Virus record (IMG/VR): IMGVR_UViG_3300025424_000009
Direction: 5' to 3' (one strand)
Source of the DNA: a virus
Length of the DNA: 64,000 nucleotides
Within the stretch, counting starts at the first letter, position 1. Each line of letters opens with the position of its first letter. This document shows, piece by piece, positions 46,480 to 56,284 of the stretch. The translations under genes were made by a program, and so were the position numbers. The notes under the pieces were generated by a model that was given only the letters and a program-made list of their open reading frames with translations, was not told where the DNA came from and did no database searches.

Positions 46480-46692
46480 ATGAAAGGAACAATAGTTAAA
46501 TCCTCTACAGGATTATCAGTAGCGTATATCGGCAAAACGTTAGGTACCACAGCCGGAATTGCAACCATTAGTATTAATCCTGCTCAACAGGATGAGTACA
46601 GAAACAGAGTAGGAGAATCAGTTAATTTTGAAGGTATAGAATTTATTGAGCCTGATATTCAAAAAACTACTATCTTCGCAAAAATTAAATAA
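46480..46692 (+). CDS. Hypothetical protein
   Basis: ORF track. Confidence 0.55.
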   Translation: MKGTIVKSSTGLSVAYIGKTLGTTAGIATISINPAQQDEYRNRVGESVNFEGIEFIEPDIQKTTIFAKIK

Positions 46693-46886
46693 TGAAAGAG
46701 AAGTTAGATAATCAAGATGTGTATAAAGTTGCTGAAAAATTATATAAGCACATTAACCCTACAAGTAGAATGGAAACACCTAATAGTGTTTATATGACTG
46801 TAGGTAAATGGTATGCAGAATATTCTAATAAAGATGTAAATATATCATTTTACGATTGGTGTATTATAAATAAACAGCCTAAGTAG
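46692..46886 (+). CDS. Hypothetical protein
   Basis: ORF track. Confidence 0.55.
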   Translation: MKEKLDNQDVYKVAEKLYKHINPTSRMETPNSVYMTVGKWYAEYSNKDVNISFYDWCIINKQPK

Positions 46887-46887
46887 T

Positions 46888-47085
46888 ATGAAACAGTTAT
46901 TAACAACGCTATCTGTAAGGTGGTTATCAAATCAACTCAGAAAAGATGAAGGTCTCTACTTATCTTGGAAATCAGCTATAGCTATGTCGTTTCAAGATAA
47001 TTATCATCAAGCTAAAGATAAAAAAGACATATATAAAATAGCAAATGAAAGTGCTGATTATTTTCTTCAATTATTAATTCAATAA
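46888..47085 (+). CDS. Hypothetical protein
   Basis: ORF track. Confidence 0.55.
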   Translation: MKQLLTTLSVRWLSNQLRKDEGLYLSWKSAIAMSFQDNYHQAKDKKDIYKIANESADYFLQLLIQ

Positions 47086-47091
47086 GCATAT

Positions 47092-47706
47092 ATGAGTAAA
47101 GCAAGGGTAGTATCTGCATTTCCAGGTACGGGTAAAAGTTTTTTATTTGACAATAATTTGAATCTACGTATATTAGATTCTGATAGTAGTCAATTTAGTT
47201 GGGTTGTGAAGGAAGATGGTACTAAGGAACGTAATCCTGAATTCCCTACAAATTATATAAATAGGCTTCTTGATTGTATTAAAGATTATGATTTAATATT
47301 AGTCAGTAGCCACAAAGAGGTGAGAGATGCTCTCATAGATAACCTAATACCTTTTGATTTAGTATACCCATCTAAAAATCTAAAAGAAGAGTACTTAGAG
47401 AGGTATAGGCAAAGGAGAAGTGGAGAGAAGTTTATACAGTTAATATCAGATAACTGGGATGCATGGATTGATGAACTATCTGGTATTGAAAGTAAGCTAG
47501 TGTCACACATACAGTTTACTGATGAAGATTGTTTTATTTCTGATTTAGTTTATACAAAAGAATCTATTAGCTTTACTATACATCTTACACCTAATAGAGT
47601 AATAAATTATAAAGATATAATCCAAGCTAAGGCAGACTTTAAATCTAGACTAGAAGGGTATAATACACCTGCATTAGATTTCATAAAAGAATTATCAATT
47701 AAATAA
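47092..47706 (+). CDS. P-loop NTPase / nucleotide kinase-like protein
   Basis: N-terminal VVSAFPGTGKS, LDSDSS. Confidence 0.7.
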   Translation: MSKARVVSAFPGTGKSFLFDNNLNLRILDSDSSQFSWVVKEDGTKERNPEFPTNYINRLLDCIKDYDLILVSSHKEVRDALIDNLIPFDLVYPSKNLKEEYLERYRQRRSGEKFIQLISDNWDAWIDELSGIESKLVSHIQFTDEDCFISDLVYTKESISFTIHLTPNRVINYKDIIQAKADFKSRLEGYNTPALDFIKELSIK

Positions 47707-47712
47707 ACATAA

Positions 47713-49029
47713 ATGAACAAAGTAAAAATCATATGTTGGCTACCCTATGCCAGCCTAAGTGGGTATGGATTACGATCATACGACTTGTTAAGGTCAATAA
47801 TACAGTTAAAAGAAGATGAATGGGATATAAAGATAGTATCACTATCATTTGGCAGATCCCCTCAAAGAGAATTAGATTTATCAGACCCTATTAACAAGAA
47901 GATAATTGATTGGACTATTCCTAGAGAACAAGCGGCACAACAATCTAATAATGACATAGCTATATTTTGTACTGTTCCTTCGGAGCTAAAAGGAGTTAGA
48001 ATAGGAAAATTTCAGATGCTTTTTACAGCCTCGATAGAAAGCACTCTATGCTCATCTGATTTTATCGAAGGTTGTAACAATATAGACCTAACTATATGTA
48101 GTTCCAACCATGGTATGAAGGTTATTAAAAGTACTGTATATGATCGAAGAGATCCACAAGGTAATGTAATAGGTCAACTTAAATTAGATAAGCCGATTGA
48201 GGTTTTATTTGAAGCTGTTAACACTGCTGTCTATGATAGAAAGAATACACAATCATTTGATTTAGATATACCTGAAAAGAATGCATTCCTCATTAACGGT
48301 ATGTGGTTACCAGGTTCATTTACTAATCCATACGGACATGACCGTAAGCATATAGCAACTACCATCAAATGTTTTCTAGAAACATTCAAGAACACAAAGG
48401 ATAAGCCGGCTTTGATACTTAAGGTTAATTCAGGCACCTACTCACACACAGACCGAGATTACTGCTTAAGTAGGATAGATGAAATACGTAGTACAGTATC
48501 TGGAGATTTACCTAACATATATTTAATACACGGTAATTTAACTGAAAGTGAACTAGTAGGTCTATACCAACACCCTAAAGTAAAAGCTCTCATCGCCATT
48601 GGAAACGAAGGCTGGGGTAGAAGTCTACCTGAATACCTCTGTGCTACAAGCAAACCTGTCATAACAACTATGTATGGAGGTCCTGCTGATTACATCAAAC
48701 CTGAATTTACGTTGACAGTAGGAGGTTCTTTACAGTCTGTACATAAGTCAACTGCTGACCAATTTCTTTTAGAGACTGCTCAGATATACTATCCTGATAT
48801 AAAGCAACTATCATCCTCAATGGTGGCAGTGTTAAATGATTACAAAAATATAGAGGAGAAGGCCAAAAGACAGGCTCATTATATAAGGAGTGAGTTCACT
48901 CAAGAGAAGATGACTGAGAAGCTAGATGAGATACTAAAGAAGTATGTACCTGAATTTCCTAAAGTAGTTCAGATTAAGCTTCCGAGTTTATCAGAAATTA
49001 AATTACCTAAAATACAAAAAGTAGATTAA
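47713..49029 (+). CDS. Glycosyltransferase, GT-B fold (family 4-like)
   Basis: SGYG..S.D, DRKH, GNEGWGRSLPE...KPVIT..YGG..DY. Confidence 0.8.
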   Translation: MNKVKIICWLPYASLSGYGLRSYDLLRSIIQLKEDEWDIKIVSLSFGRSPQRELDLSDPINKKIIDWTIPREQAAQQSNNDIAIFCTVPSELKGVRIGKFQMLFTASIESTLCSSDFIEGCNNIDLTICSSNHGMKVIKSTVYDRRDPQGNVIGQLKLDKPIEVLFEAVNTAVYDRKNTQSFDLDIPEKNAFLINGMWLPGSFTNPYGHDRKHIATTIKCFLETFKNTKDKPALILKVNSGTYSHTDRDYCLSRIDEIRSTVSGDLPNIYLIHGNLTESELVGLYQHPKVKALIAIGNEGWGRSLPEYLCATSKPVITTMYGGPADYIKPEFTLTVGGSLQSVHKSTADQFLLETAQIYYPDIKQLSSSMVAVLNDYKNIEEKAKRQAHYIRSEFTQEKMTEKLDEILKKYVPEFPKVVQIKLPSLSEIKLPKIQKVD

Positions 49030-49030
49030 T

Positions 49031-49810
49031 ATGTTGACAATAGATGAGATACGAGAGCAGTATCCTGGAATAGCTATTTGGTCTGATAGGTGTATTGAAA
49101 CTGTGTATGAAAATATACTTGAAGGTTGCTTAGAACCTATTACTGAATATTTATCTACTATAAATGCAGACAAAACTGTTAACACACTTGATAATGATAA
49201 AGTTCCAAGTGTAAATAGAATCAGCCTAAATAAAAATAAGGATACTATTCTCATCTCATTTTCTCATTTAGTACAATCAGACTTAGATAGAATTAATCAT
49301 AAGATGGAAAGCTTTGGATGGCTTCCTTCAGGTGTAGCTTGCAGTAAAAAGAAAGGTAAATATTCTAGTGTTATACAGTCTATATTATATGATAAGACAA
49401 TAACTGGGAATATTGTAATATCCTATGAAGCAAAATATGACAGAGAGGTTGTAATAGATAGGGGGAGTTTATATCATATATGCCCTGATATAGTATATGA
49501 AAAAATTAAGCTAGTAGGCCTTACACCTAAAAGTCAAGGTAAGTTAGTAGATCATCCAAGCAGAGTTTATCTTATAAAGAAAACTTTACCTGTAGATGAA
49601 AACACTTTTAATAGTATGGCAATAGCTTTGTATTTAAATTATGCAAATAAAGATAGAGTTAAACAAATGTACGTACTTAAGATAGATGTAGATAAGGTAA
49701 AGGATTTTAAATTCTTTGAAGACCCTAACTACAAAGAAGGCAGTGGTGTGTATACCTATCAAAACATACCTCCATATGCAATTTCTTTGAAATATAAAAT
49801 TGATGTTTAA
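49031..49810 (+). CDS. Putative ADP-ribosyltransferase-fold protein (Tpt1/KptA-like C-terminal domain)
   Basis: LYHICP..YEKIKLVGLTPKS, RVYL, VLKID, FFEDPN, VYTYQNIPPYAI. Confidence 0.55.
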   Translation: MLTIDEIREQYPGIAIWSDRCIETVYENILEGCLEPITEYLSTINADKTVNTLDNDKVPSVNRISLNKNKDTILISFSHLVQSDLDRINHKMESFGWLPSGVACSKKKGKYSSVIQSILYDKTITGNIVISYEAKYDREVVIDRGSLYHICPDIVYEKIKLVGLTPKSQGKLVDHPSRVYLIKKTLPVDENTFNSMAIALYLNYANKDRVKQMYVLKIDVDKVKDFKFFEDPNYKEGSGVYTYQNIPPYAISLKYKIDV

Positions 49811-49858
49811 TTTGTTATTTTCAATAAATACAATTACTTTTACAAAAAATAGATTAAC

Positions 49859-50338
49859 ATGAATGATAATTTAATCCAGTGTAAGCACTGTGGCTCTTCA
49901 TTAGCATATGAAGAAATAAAAGATGGAGTATCCTACGAGGTACAATGTGTTAGTTGTGGGTTCTTTACCAACAACAGTTTACTAGAGGGTACCGAGGAGT
50001 TAAAAGTATACCTAGAAAGTATCCCTACAATCTATGCAGAGTTGAAATTCATAGATGAAGATGGATTATGTTGGATACCTATGTACAAAGATATATACGG
50101 TAAAGGTGTGATTGCCATTAACGGAATATCCAAAGATAGATACATGTGGTCATTCATACCTTATGTACCTCTTTTAGACACAGATGCTGATAAGGATATG
50201 TGGATAAATTCAGATGGTACATACCCAGAGTGGAAGCTTGACTTCACTAAGCAAGAGCACTTTAGTAAGCATGATTTCTTATTAGCCTTGCACAAGCTGG
50301 GATTCTTCAATGAACTTCAAACTATTACAAATGATTAG
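49859..50338 (+). CDS. Hypothetical protein with two CxxC motifs
   Basis: CKHC, CVSC. Confidence 0.65.
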   Translation: MNDNLIQCKHCGSSLAYEEIKDGVSYEVQCVSCGFFTNNSLLEGTEELKVYLESIPTIYAELKFIDEDGLCWIPMYKDIYGKGVIAINGISKDRYMWSFIPYVPLLDTDADKDMWINSDGTYPEWKLDFTKQEHFSKHDFLLALHKLGFFNELQTITND

Positions 50339-50966
50339 TATATCATATATCATAGGGGCCCACAACGAGGGTCAATCTATCAAGACTTTGGTAGATACCA
50401 TTCTAAAAGAAAAAGATCCTAATGATGAGCTTATAATCGTAGATAATAACAGTGATGACATAAAGACTCTAGCTATATTGTCAGAGTATGACCAATATGT
50501 ACACACATATACAGAACCTATCAAGGATTTCTCTCACTACAAGAATTTTAAGAAGGCATTAGCTAAGGGTAACTTTATATTTGACCTAGACGGAGATGAG
50601 TTTCCTAACCCTATTCTCCTAAAGACCTTGAAAGAGATTATCCTCAACAATCATACAGTAGATGTATATGTAGTTCCGAGAGTCAATATAGTAGAAGGTA
50701 TTACTGATGAGTATGTAAAGCAGATGGGATGGAATAAGGATCAGGATGGGTTTATTAACTTTCCAGATGGGCAAGCACGTATTTACCGTAATACTCCTGA
50801 TATAAAATGGGTTAACAAAGTGCACGAAACTTTAACTGGCTATAAGGTAATTACCAGGCTTCCTTACCAGAATGAGACAGGCAAGAAGGTTACTGATTAC
50901 AGTATCCTACACCTAAAGACCTTCGAGAAGCAGAAACAACAAAATGAATTATATTCTAAAATTTAA
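50331..50966 (+). CDS. Glycosyltransferase family 2-like
   Basis: ISYIIGAHNE, IIVDNNSDD, FDLDGDE, VPRVN, FPDGQ.R. Confidence 0.85.
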   Translation: MISISYIIGAHNEGQSIKTLVDTILKEKDPNDELIIVDNNSDDIKTLAILSEYDQYVHTYTEPIKDFSHYKNFKKALAKGNFIFDLDGDEFPNPILLKTLKEIILNNHTVDVYVVPRVNIVEGITDEYVKQMGWNKDQDGFINFPDGQARIYRNTPDIKWVNKVHETLTGYKVITRLPYQNETGKKVTDYSILHLKTFEKQKQQNELYSKI

Positions 50967-50969
50967 ATT

Positions 50970-51362
50970 ATGACATTAACAACGATATTTTCAATAATTA
51001 TAATCCACTTTTTGGGTGATTTCGTATTACAAACTGATAAACAAGCAAAGGGTAAAAGTAAAAATTGGTTAGATTTATTAGAACATACAGGTACGTATGT
51101 ATCAGTATTCGTTCTACCTATTTGTCTTTTACTAGGTAAAACCAATCCTTATGGAACCTGTGAATGGTACGTATTAAATACCCTTGCATTTGCAATTATT
51201 ACGTTTATGTTTCATACTGTAACAGATTATTTTACAAGTAGATTAAATAGTAAACTATGGCAAGAAGGTAAGACACATGAATTCTTTGTTAGTATAGGAT
51301 TTGATCAAATATTACATTATGTTCAATTATTCACAACATATTATTTACTTACTAAAATATAA
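50970..51362 (+). CDS. DUF3307-like membrane protein
   Basis: HFLGDFVLQT, LLEH, FHTVTD, GFDQILH. Confidence 0.75.
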   Translation: MTLTTIFSIIIIHFLGDFVLQTDKQAKGKSKNWLDLLEHTGTYVSVFVLPICLLLGKTNPYGTCEWYVLNTLAFAIITFMFHTVTDYFTSRLNSKLWQEGKTHEFFVSIGFDQILHYVQLFTTYYLLTKI

Positions 51363-51365
51363 GGT

Positions 51366-52298
51366 GTGAATATACTTTTCAGAGAGAATCAGTTTAATGA
51401 GAGAGGTACTTCGGTATCTCTCTTCGATTATGCTCACTACGCTGAGACTATACTAGGACACACCTCGTATGTCTGTGCTCCTGTACTATCAGACCTTTCA
51501 TCCTACGAGAAGTTCATCAATAGGTTCGGTGACAGATGTTGCCTATATAAAGATAACTTACAAGGTATTGTTGATGACTGTAACATAGATGTAGTTTACC
51601 ACCAAGTGTCAGGTCAAGTATGTGACCTACGTGTACCTAACATAAAGAATGTATACCATGGCGTATTCAACTTTAAGAATCTTGAAGTTACTGCCTACAT
51701 CAGTGACTGGCTTGCCAAAGAGAACAATAGCATATCTGTACCGTACATAGTAACACTTCCAGATATAAAACATAATTACAGAGAATCTCTAGGGATACCT
51801 TCTCATGCACCAGTAATAGTACGTACAGGAGGCTTTGGAAACTTTGATATACTAGATGCTCAACGTGCTGTATATGAAACAGCTCTAAGACAACCTAGCA
51901 CATACTTCCTTATGCTCAATACAGACGAATTCTGCCCCCCTATTCCCAACATCATACATATACAAGCAACCACATCTAGAGAGGAAATAACAGCACTTCT
52001 GAACACCGCAGATGCATTCCTGTATGCAAGGTCAAGAGGTGAGACTTTCGTACTATCTATAGCTGAGGCTTTACACCAAGATGTACCTGTCATATACTAC
52101 AATGGTGGGTATGATAAAAATCATTTAGAGATGATGCAGGATAGAGGGTTTGAATGGAATGCATACGCAGAGTTATTCTCCCTACTAGATTCATATAAAT
52201 ATACTAGGGGTTATGAGAAAAGTACTTACAGTTCACTTATAAGTGAATTCACTCCTGAGAAGGTAATGGAAAAGTTTTCAAAAGTTTTTTTATATTGA
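51366..52298 (+). CDS. Glycosyltransferase, GT-B fold
   Basis: ERGTSVSLFDYA, ADAFLYARSRGETF.LSIAEAL...VPVI. Confidence 0.75.
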   Translation: MNILFRENQFNERGTSVSLFDYAHYAETILGHTSYVCAPVLSDLSSYEKFINRFGDRCCLYKDNLQGIVDDCNIDVVYHQVSGQVCDLRVPNIKNVYHGVFNFKNLEVTAYISDWLAKENNSISVPYIVTLPDIKHNYRESLGIPSHAPVIVRTGGFGNFDILDAQRAVYETALRQPSTYFLMLNTDEFCPPIPNIIHIQATTSREEITALLNTADAFLYARSRGETFVLSIAEALHQDVPVIYYNGGYDKNHLEMMQDRGFEWNAYAELFSLLDSYKYTRGYEKSTYSSLISEFTPEKVMEKFSKVFLY

Positions 52299-52312
52299 GT
52301 TATACAAACTCA

Positions 52313-52320
52313 TATCTTTG
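52313..52320 (+). promoter_or_regulatory. Bacteroidota-type -7 element TATCTTTG
   Basis: Exact TAnnTTTG 16 nt upstream of ATG 52337. Confidence 0.55.
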
Positions 52321-52336
52321 CTAAAAATATTATTTT

Positions 52337-53071
52337 ATGGTAATACTCCCTATCTCAATAGTCATCCTATCATGGAAGGCTCCTAAGACGTTACACAACA
52401 CCTTATCTACCTATAAGGAGAAAGGGTTATTAGACATCACAGATGATGTAACAGTATTCTTCCAAGAGATGCAAGAAGAAGATTCTTTCATATGCCAAGA
52501 GTTTGGTGTAAAAGGGATAGGCTCTAGTACTAATATAGGTATTGGAAAAGCATTTGAAGTATTATTCAATCATGCTAAGTATGATGTAGTGCTTGCACTA
52601 GAGAACGACTGGGTAATAGATATACCTAGTGGTGGTGAAGTACATGATATACTTCAAGCATCTAGAGAAGATTTGAAAGGTTACCATGTAGATTTTGTAA
52701 GACTTAGACACAATAAAGTGCCTGGAGTCCCTTTATACACAGCTCAATTCCATGGACGTGAGATGGATTCCCCTGAGCACCTAATAGAGCAAGTTCATTT
52801 TTTAGGTAAAGATTTGTCTACCAAATTCCCTGACATATTCACATATACTGTTCAAGGGGATGCAGGATTTGTTATAGGAGACAGTCAATACTCTAATTAC
52901 AGTAACAACCCTTTTATGTGCAGGAAAGACTTCTACTTAACTGAAGTAGCACCTTATTCTGGTACAGCAGGAGAGAATGAAACATTAATACGTGATAGCT
53001 GGATGAAAGGACACTACAAAGTAGCTTTCAATATACCAGGAGTATTCACACATAAAAGACTAGATAGATAA
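52337..53071 (+). CDS. Glycosyltransferase family 2-like
   Basis: ISIVILSW, VLALENDW, YSNNPF. Confidence 0.7.
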   Translation: MVILPISIVILSWKAPKTLHNTLSTYKEKGLLDITDDVTVFFQEMQEEDSFICQEFGVKGIGSSTNIGIGKAFEVLFNHAKYDVVLALENDWVIDIPSGGEVHDILQASREDLKGYHVDFVRLRHNKVPGVPLYTAQFHGREMDSPEHLIEQVHFLGKDLSTKFPDIFTYTVQGDAGFVIGDSQYSNYSNNPFMCRKDFYLTEVAPYSGTAGENETLIRDSWMKGHYKVAFNIPGVFTHKRLDR

Positions 53072-53958
53072 TGAGAATACTATATATTACAAATTACATT
53101 AAGATACAGCAAGCCGGTGGATACATTAATGACTATATGAATGACCTTCTGTTCTATGGCTTGTATGAATTACAACAAGAGGGTATTATAACTGAGTTAG
53201 TGGACTCAACCTCTATTGCACACTTGTACAAATATAATGATTTGTTTATATCTAAACAGGCACTGTGGGGTAAAGGGTTCTCACAGACCTTCCTTATAGA
53301 AGGTGATGGCCAAGATGTAAATAGACAAAATATAGTAAGTAAAATAGTTAACCAATACTTTGATGTAATCATATACGGAGCTTGGAACAGATGCCAAGAT
53401 TACAGAGATGTAGTTGAAGAATCTTTCAACGGTAAAGTAATAGTGGTAGATGGTGCTGATGATACCTTGATAAGACCTAAACCCTCTAGGTGGATAGGAT
53501 TCAAAAGAGAACTAATGCCAGGTGTAGAAGGACAACTACCTATCTCGTTTGCAATCCCAGAGTTTAAGTTTAGTCAACCTAATTACAAGAAGACTAAAGA
53601 TTATGGGACTGTTATCCCAGGAGATAACTCTACATATATCTTCACAGATGAAGCCTCTTATTACAAAGACTATAATGATTCTTTCTATGGTGTAACTACT
53701 AAGAAAGGTGGCTACGATTGTATTAGACATTACGAAATACCAGCATCATACTGTATGCCTTATATTCCTGATATAGATTCATTCCCAGACACAGTCCTGA
53801 CTAACTATCCCAAAAAGCTAATAAAGATAGCAATGTCTTTACCTGACAAGGACTTTGATAATAATATGTACTATCAACTCATGGATGAGGTATACCAGTA
53901 TGCAAAGGAAAACCTTACCACTAAAGCATTAGCAAAATACGTTCTAAGTAAAATTTAA
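53071..53958 (+). CDS. Glycosyltransferase-like protein
   Basis: VVDGAD, FKRE, KKGGYDCIRHYEI; GT-island context. Confidence 0.55.
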   Translation: MRILYITNYIKIQQAGGYINDYMNDLLFYGLYELQQEGIITELVDSTSIAHLYKYNDLFISKQALWGKGFSQTFLIEGDGQDVNRQNIVSKIVNQYFDVIIYGAWNRCQDYRDVVEESFNGKVIVVDGADDTLIRPKPSRWIGFKRELMPGVEGQLPISFAIPEFKFSQPNYKKTKDYGTVIPGDNSTYIFTDEASYYKDYNDSFYGVTTKKGGYDCIRHYEIPASYCMPYIPDIDSFPDTVLTNYPKKLIKIAMSLPDKDFDNNMYYQLMDEVYQYAKENLTTKALAKYVLSKI

Positions 53959-53962
53959 GTCT

Positions 53963-54703
53963 ATGATAATAAATAAAACATACTTTGATGATTACAATAA
54001 TATATTACCCACCCTTCCTGACAAGTCATTTGATGCTATTATAGCAGACTTACCTTACGCACAAACAAAAGCAAAATGGGATATACTAGTAGATCTCCCT
54101 TCCCTATGGCTTCAGTACAAGAGGTTAATAAAAGATAATGGAGTAATACTACTATTTTCAAAGACTCCCTTTGATAAGATTCTTGGTTGCTCTAATCTTC
54201 CTATGCTTAAGTATGAATGGATTTGGGAGAAGACTCAAGCTACAGGGTTTTTCAATGCAAAGAAGATGCCTATGCAATCTCATGAGAATATACTAGTATT
54301 CTACAACAAACCTCCTAAGTATTACCCTCAAAAGACACAAGGACACTCACCTGTTAATTCGTATACAAAAAAGAAAGATATAGCAGACAAGACATTAGTA
54401 TATGGGGAGAATACAAAAGATATACAAGGAGGAGGTAATACAGATAGGTATCCAAGAACTATTCTCAAATTCAGTTCTGACAAGCAAAAGAATAAGCTGG
54501 ATGGTACTATACACCCTACACAAAAGCCCTTGGCTTTACTAGAATACTTAGTCAATACTTATACAGACGTAGGAGATTTAATACTAGATAATGTGGCAGG
54601 GTCAGGCCAGACAGGATTGGCAGCAAGGAACTTAAATAGAAATTACATCATGTGTGAGAATGACCCCTTCTCCATCGAAATACTTAAAAAAAGAAATTTA
54701 TGA
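53963..54703 (+). CDS. DNA N6-adenine/N4-cytosine methyltransferase (beta class)
   Basis: IIADLPY, YEWIWEK, HENILVF, HPTQKP..LLEYL, ILDNVAGSGQT. Confidence 0.9.
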   Translation: MIINKTYFDDYNNILPTLPDKSFDAIIADLPYAQTKAKWDILVDLPSLWLQYKRLIKDNGVILLFSKTPFDKILGCSNLPMLKYEWIWEKTQATGFFNAKKMPMQSHENILVFYNKPPKYYPQKTQGHSPVNSYTKKKDIADKTLVYGENTKDIQGGGNTDRYPRTILKFSSDKQKNKLDGTIHPTQKPLALLEYLVNTYTDVGDLILDNVAGSGQTGLAARNLNRNYIMCENDPFSIEILKKRNL

Positions 54704-55515
54704 TAATAAAAGATTTAGTAAAAGACAATTCGGCATACGGATCCATAGCCTGTATAAAGGGAGAAGAATCAGTAGTAAGTATAAGAGGATACTTAGCATA
54801 TAACTTTGATTTTATCAAGGAGTTTGACACTATTATCCTAGCAGTGAACTGGTTAGATGGAGTTACTGATGAGACAGTAGATAGATACTTAGAACAATGG
54901 TATATGGCATTTCCTAACTCCTATATATACACTACACGTATATCTAAAAATCTTGGCCATACACTATCAACTATGGAGTTAGATAATCAACTATTCAGTA
55001 AGTGTAAGCAACTGCATATTAAGTGGTTATTCAAATCCACAGAAGATGTTATCATCAACAGTGCATTTCTAGATAGAAAAATATCTAAATCAGACTTTTA
55101 TTACTTTAATGGAATTGGAAAAGGAGGTATGGAAAAGTACAACTTTGATTATAATTATATTATAGATGCAGACTTCTATCCTAACACCAACTTTTATATC
55201 ATCAATACTTGGGCAGCAGATTGGTTATATGATGAAGAGCAGATATACGAGGTAGATAATTACATTAAAGGTATAGAAAATTATAATGGACGTATCTGGG
55301 AATGGGTACCAGGATTCTCTAGTGAAGGTAAGTTGGCCGAGTTGATTGAGAATAGAAATATAGAGAGTGCACATTTATTAAATACCAGAGAGTATATACT
55401 CTTACTTACATTCGTAGACAGGTATAATATTCATGATAACAGTTTTAAAAACATCATGTGTGGTGATGTATGTCACTTTCATTTTCCTAACCAACCTGTA
55501 ACAATAATTGAATAG
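54700..55515 (+). CDS. Glycosyltransferase-like hypothetical protein
   Basis: NLGH, WLFKSTEDV, YPNTNFYII; GT-island context. Confidence 0.45.
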   Translation: MIIKDLVKDNSAYGSIACIKGEESVVSIRGYLAYNFDFIKEFDTIILAVNWLDGVTDETVDRYLEQWYMAFPNSYIYTTRISKNLGHTLSTMELDNQLFSKCKQLHIKWLFKSTEDVIINSAFLDRKISKSDFYYFNGIGKGGMEKYNFDYNYIIDADFYPNTNFYIINTWAADWLYDEEQIYEVDNYIKGIENYNGRIWEWVPGFSSEGKLAELIENRNIESAHLLNTREYILLLTFVDRYNIHDNSFKNIMCGDVCHFHFPNQPVTIIE

Positions 55516-56224
55516 CATGACAGTCATATATCGTATCTCAGACTCTGGATATCTTAAGCAAAAGCCAGAGTATATAAATAACGTTAATTGTTTATTAAAT
55601 GCATCTAAGGTATTTCAACACTGCAACTGGCATGTTATAGTAGATAATGTAAAAGAACAAAAAACATTAGACACTATCAGTTATGTATCCGCAATAGTAA
55701 ATGAATTTAGTAGTGAAGTGGTATCAGTAGGTCACGGTGCAGGTACCTTTAATCTGGCATTAGACTATGCTTTGCAACTACCTATTAACGAGACCGTTTA
55801 CTTCCTTGAAAATGATTATTTACATCTACCAGGTTCAATTGAAGCGTTAGAAGATATGTTTTCATTAGGAGCTGACTACACTTGTCTTTATAGGCATCCT
55901 GACAAGCACATACCCCCATCTCAAGGAGGTAACCCTCAAGTAGATGAAGATGGTGGGTACCTTACTAAGCTGTATCAAGGTGAGAAGGGTTTATACTTTT
56001 TAGTTAACTCTACTACTATGACATTTGCAGCTAAGGTGAAAACTTTAAGAGAAGATGAGCAGATACTAAGAGATTATACTAAAGGTACCTATCCACAAGA
56101 TTACCTGATGTTTCTTGCACTCAGAGATAAAGGAAGAAGTCTCTTATGCCCTACAGAAACTAAAGCTACCCATGGTGAAGTGGCGTGGCTTAGTAAAGGT
56201 GTCGAATGGGATAAAATTTGCTAA
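55508..56224 (+). CDS. Glycosyltransferase family 2-like
   Basis: VIVDN, GAGTFN.ALDYA, VYFLENDYLH, STTMTFA. Confidence 0.7.
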   Translation: MNSMTVIYRISDSGYLKQKPEYINNVNCLLNASKVFQHCNWHVIVDNVKEQKTLDTISYVSAIVNEFSSEVVSVGHGAGTFNLALDYALQLPINETVYFLENDYLHLPGSIEALEDMFSLGADYTCLYRHPDKHIPPSQGGNPQVDEDGGYLTKLYQGEKGLYFLVNSTTMTFAAKVKTLREDEQILRDYTKGTYPQDYLMFLALRDKGRSLLCPTETKATHGEVAWLSKGVEWDKIC

Positions 56225-56228
56225 ATTA

Positions 56229-56260
56229 TTTGGTATGTTGATATTTATTTAGTACCTTTG
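56229..56260 (+). promoter_or_regulatory. Composite promoter: TTTG-N20-TACCTTTG with internal GATATTTAT (56240-56248)
   Basis: Both motif types seen upstream of the endonuclease ATG 56285. Confidence 0.55.
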
Positions 56261-56284
56261 TACTAACCAAAATTAACAAAATCA

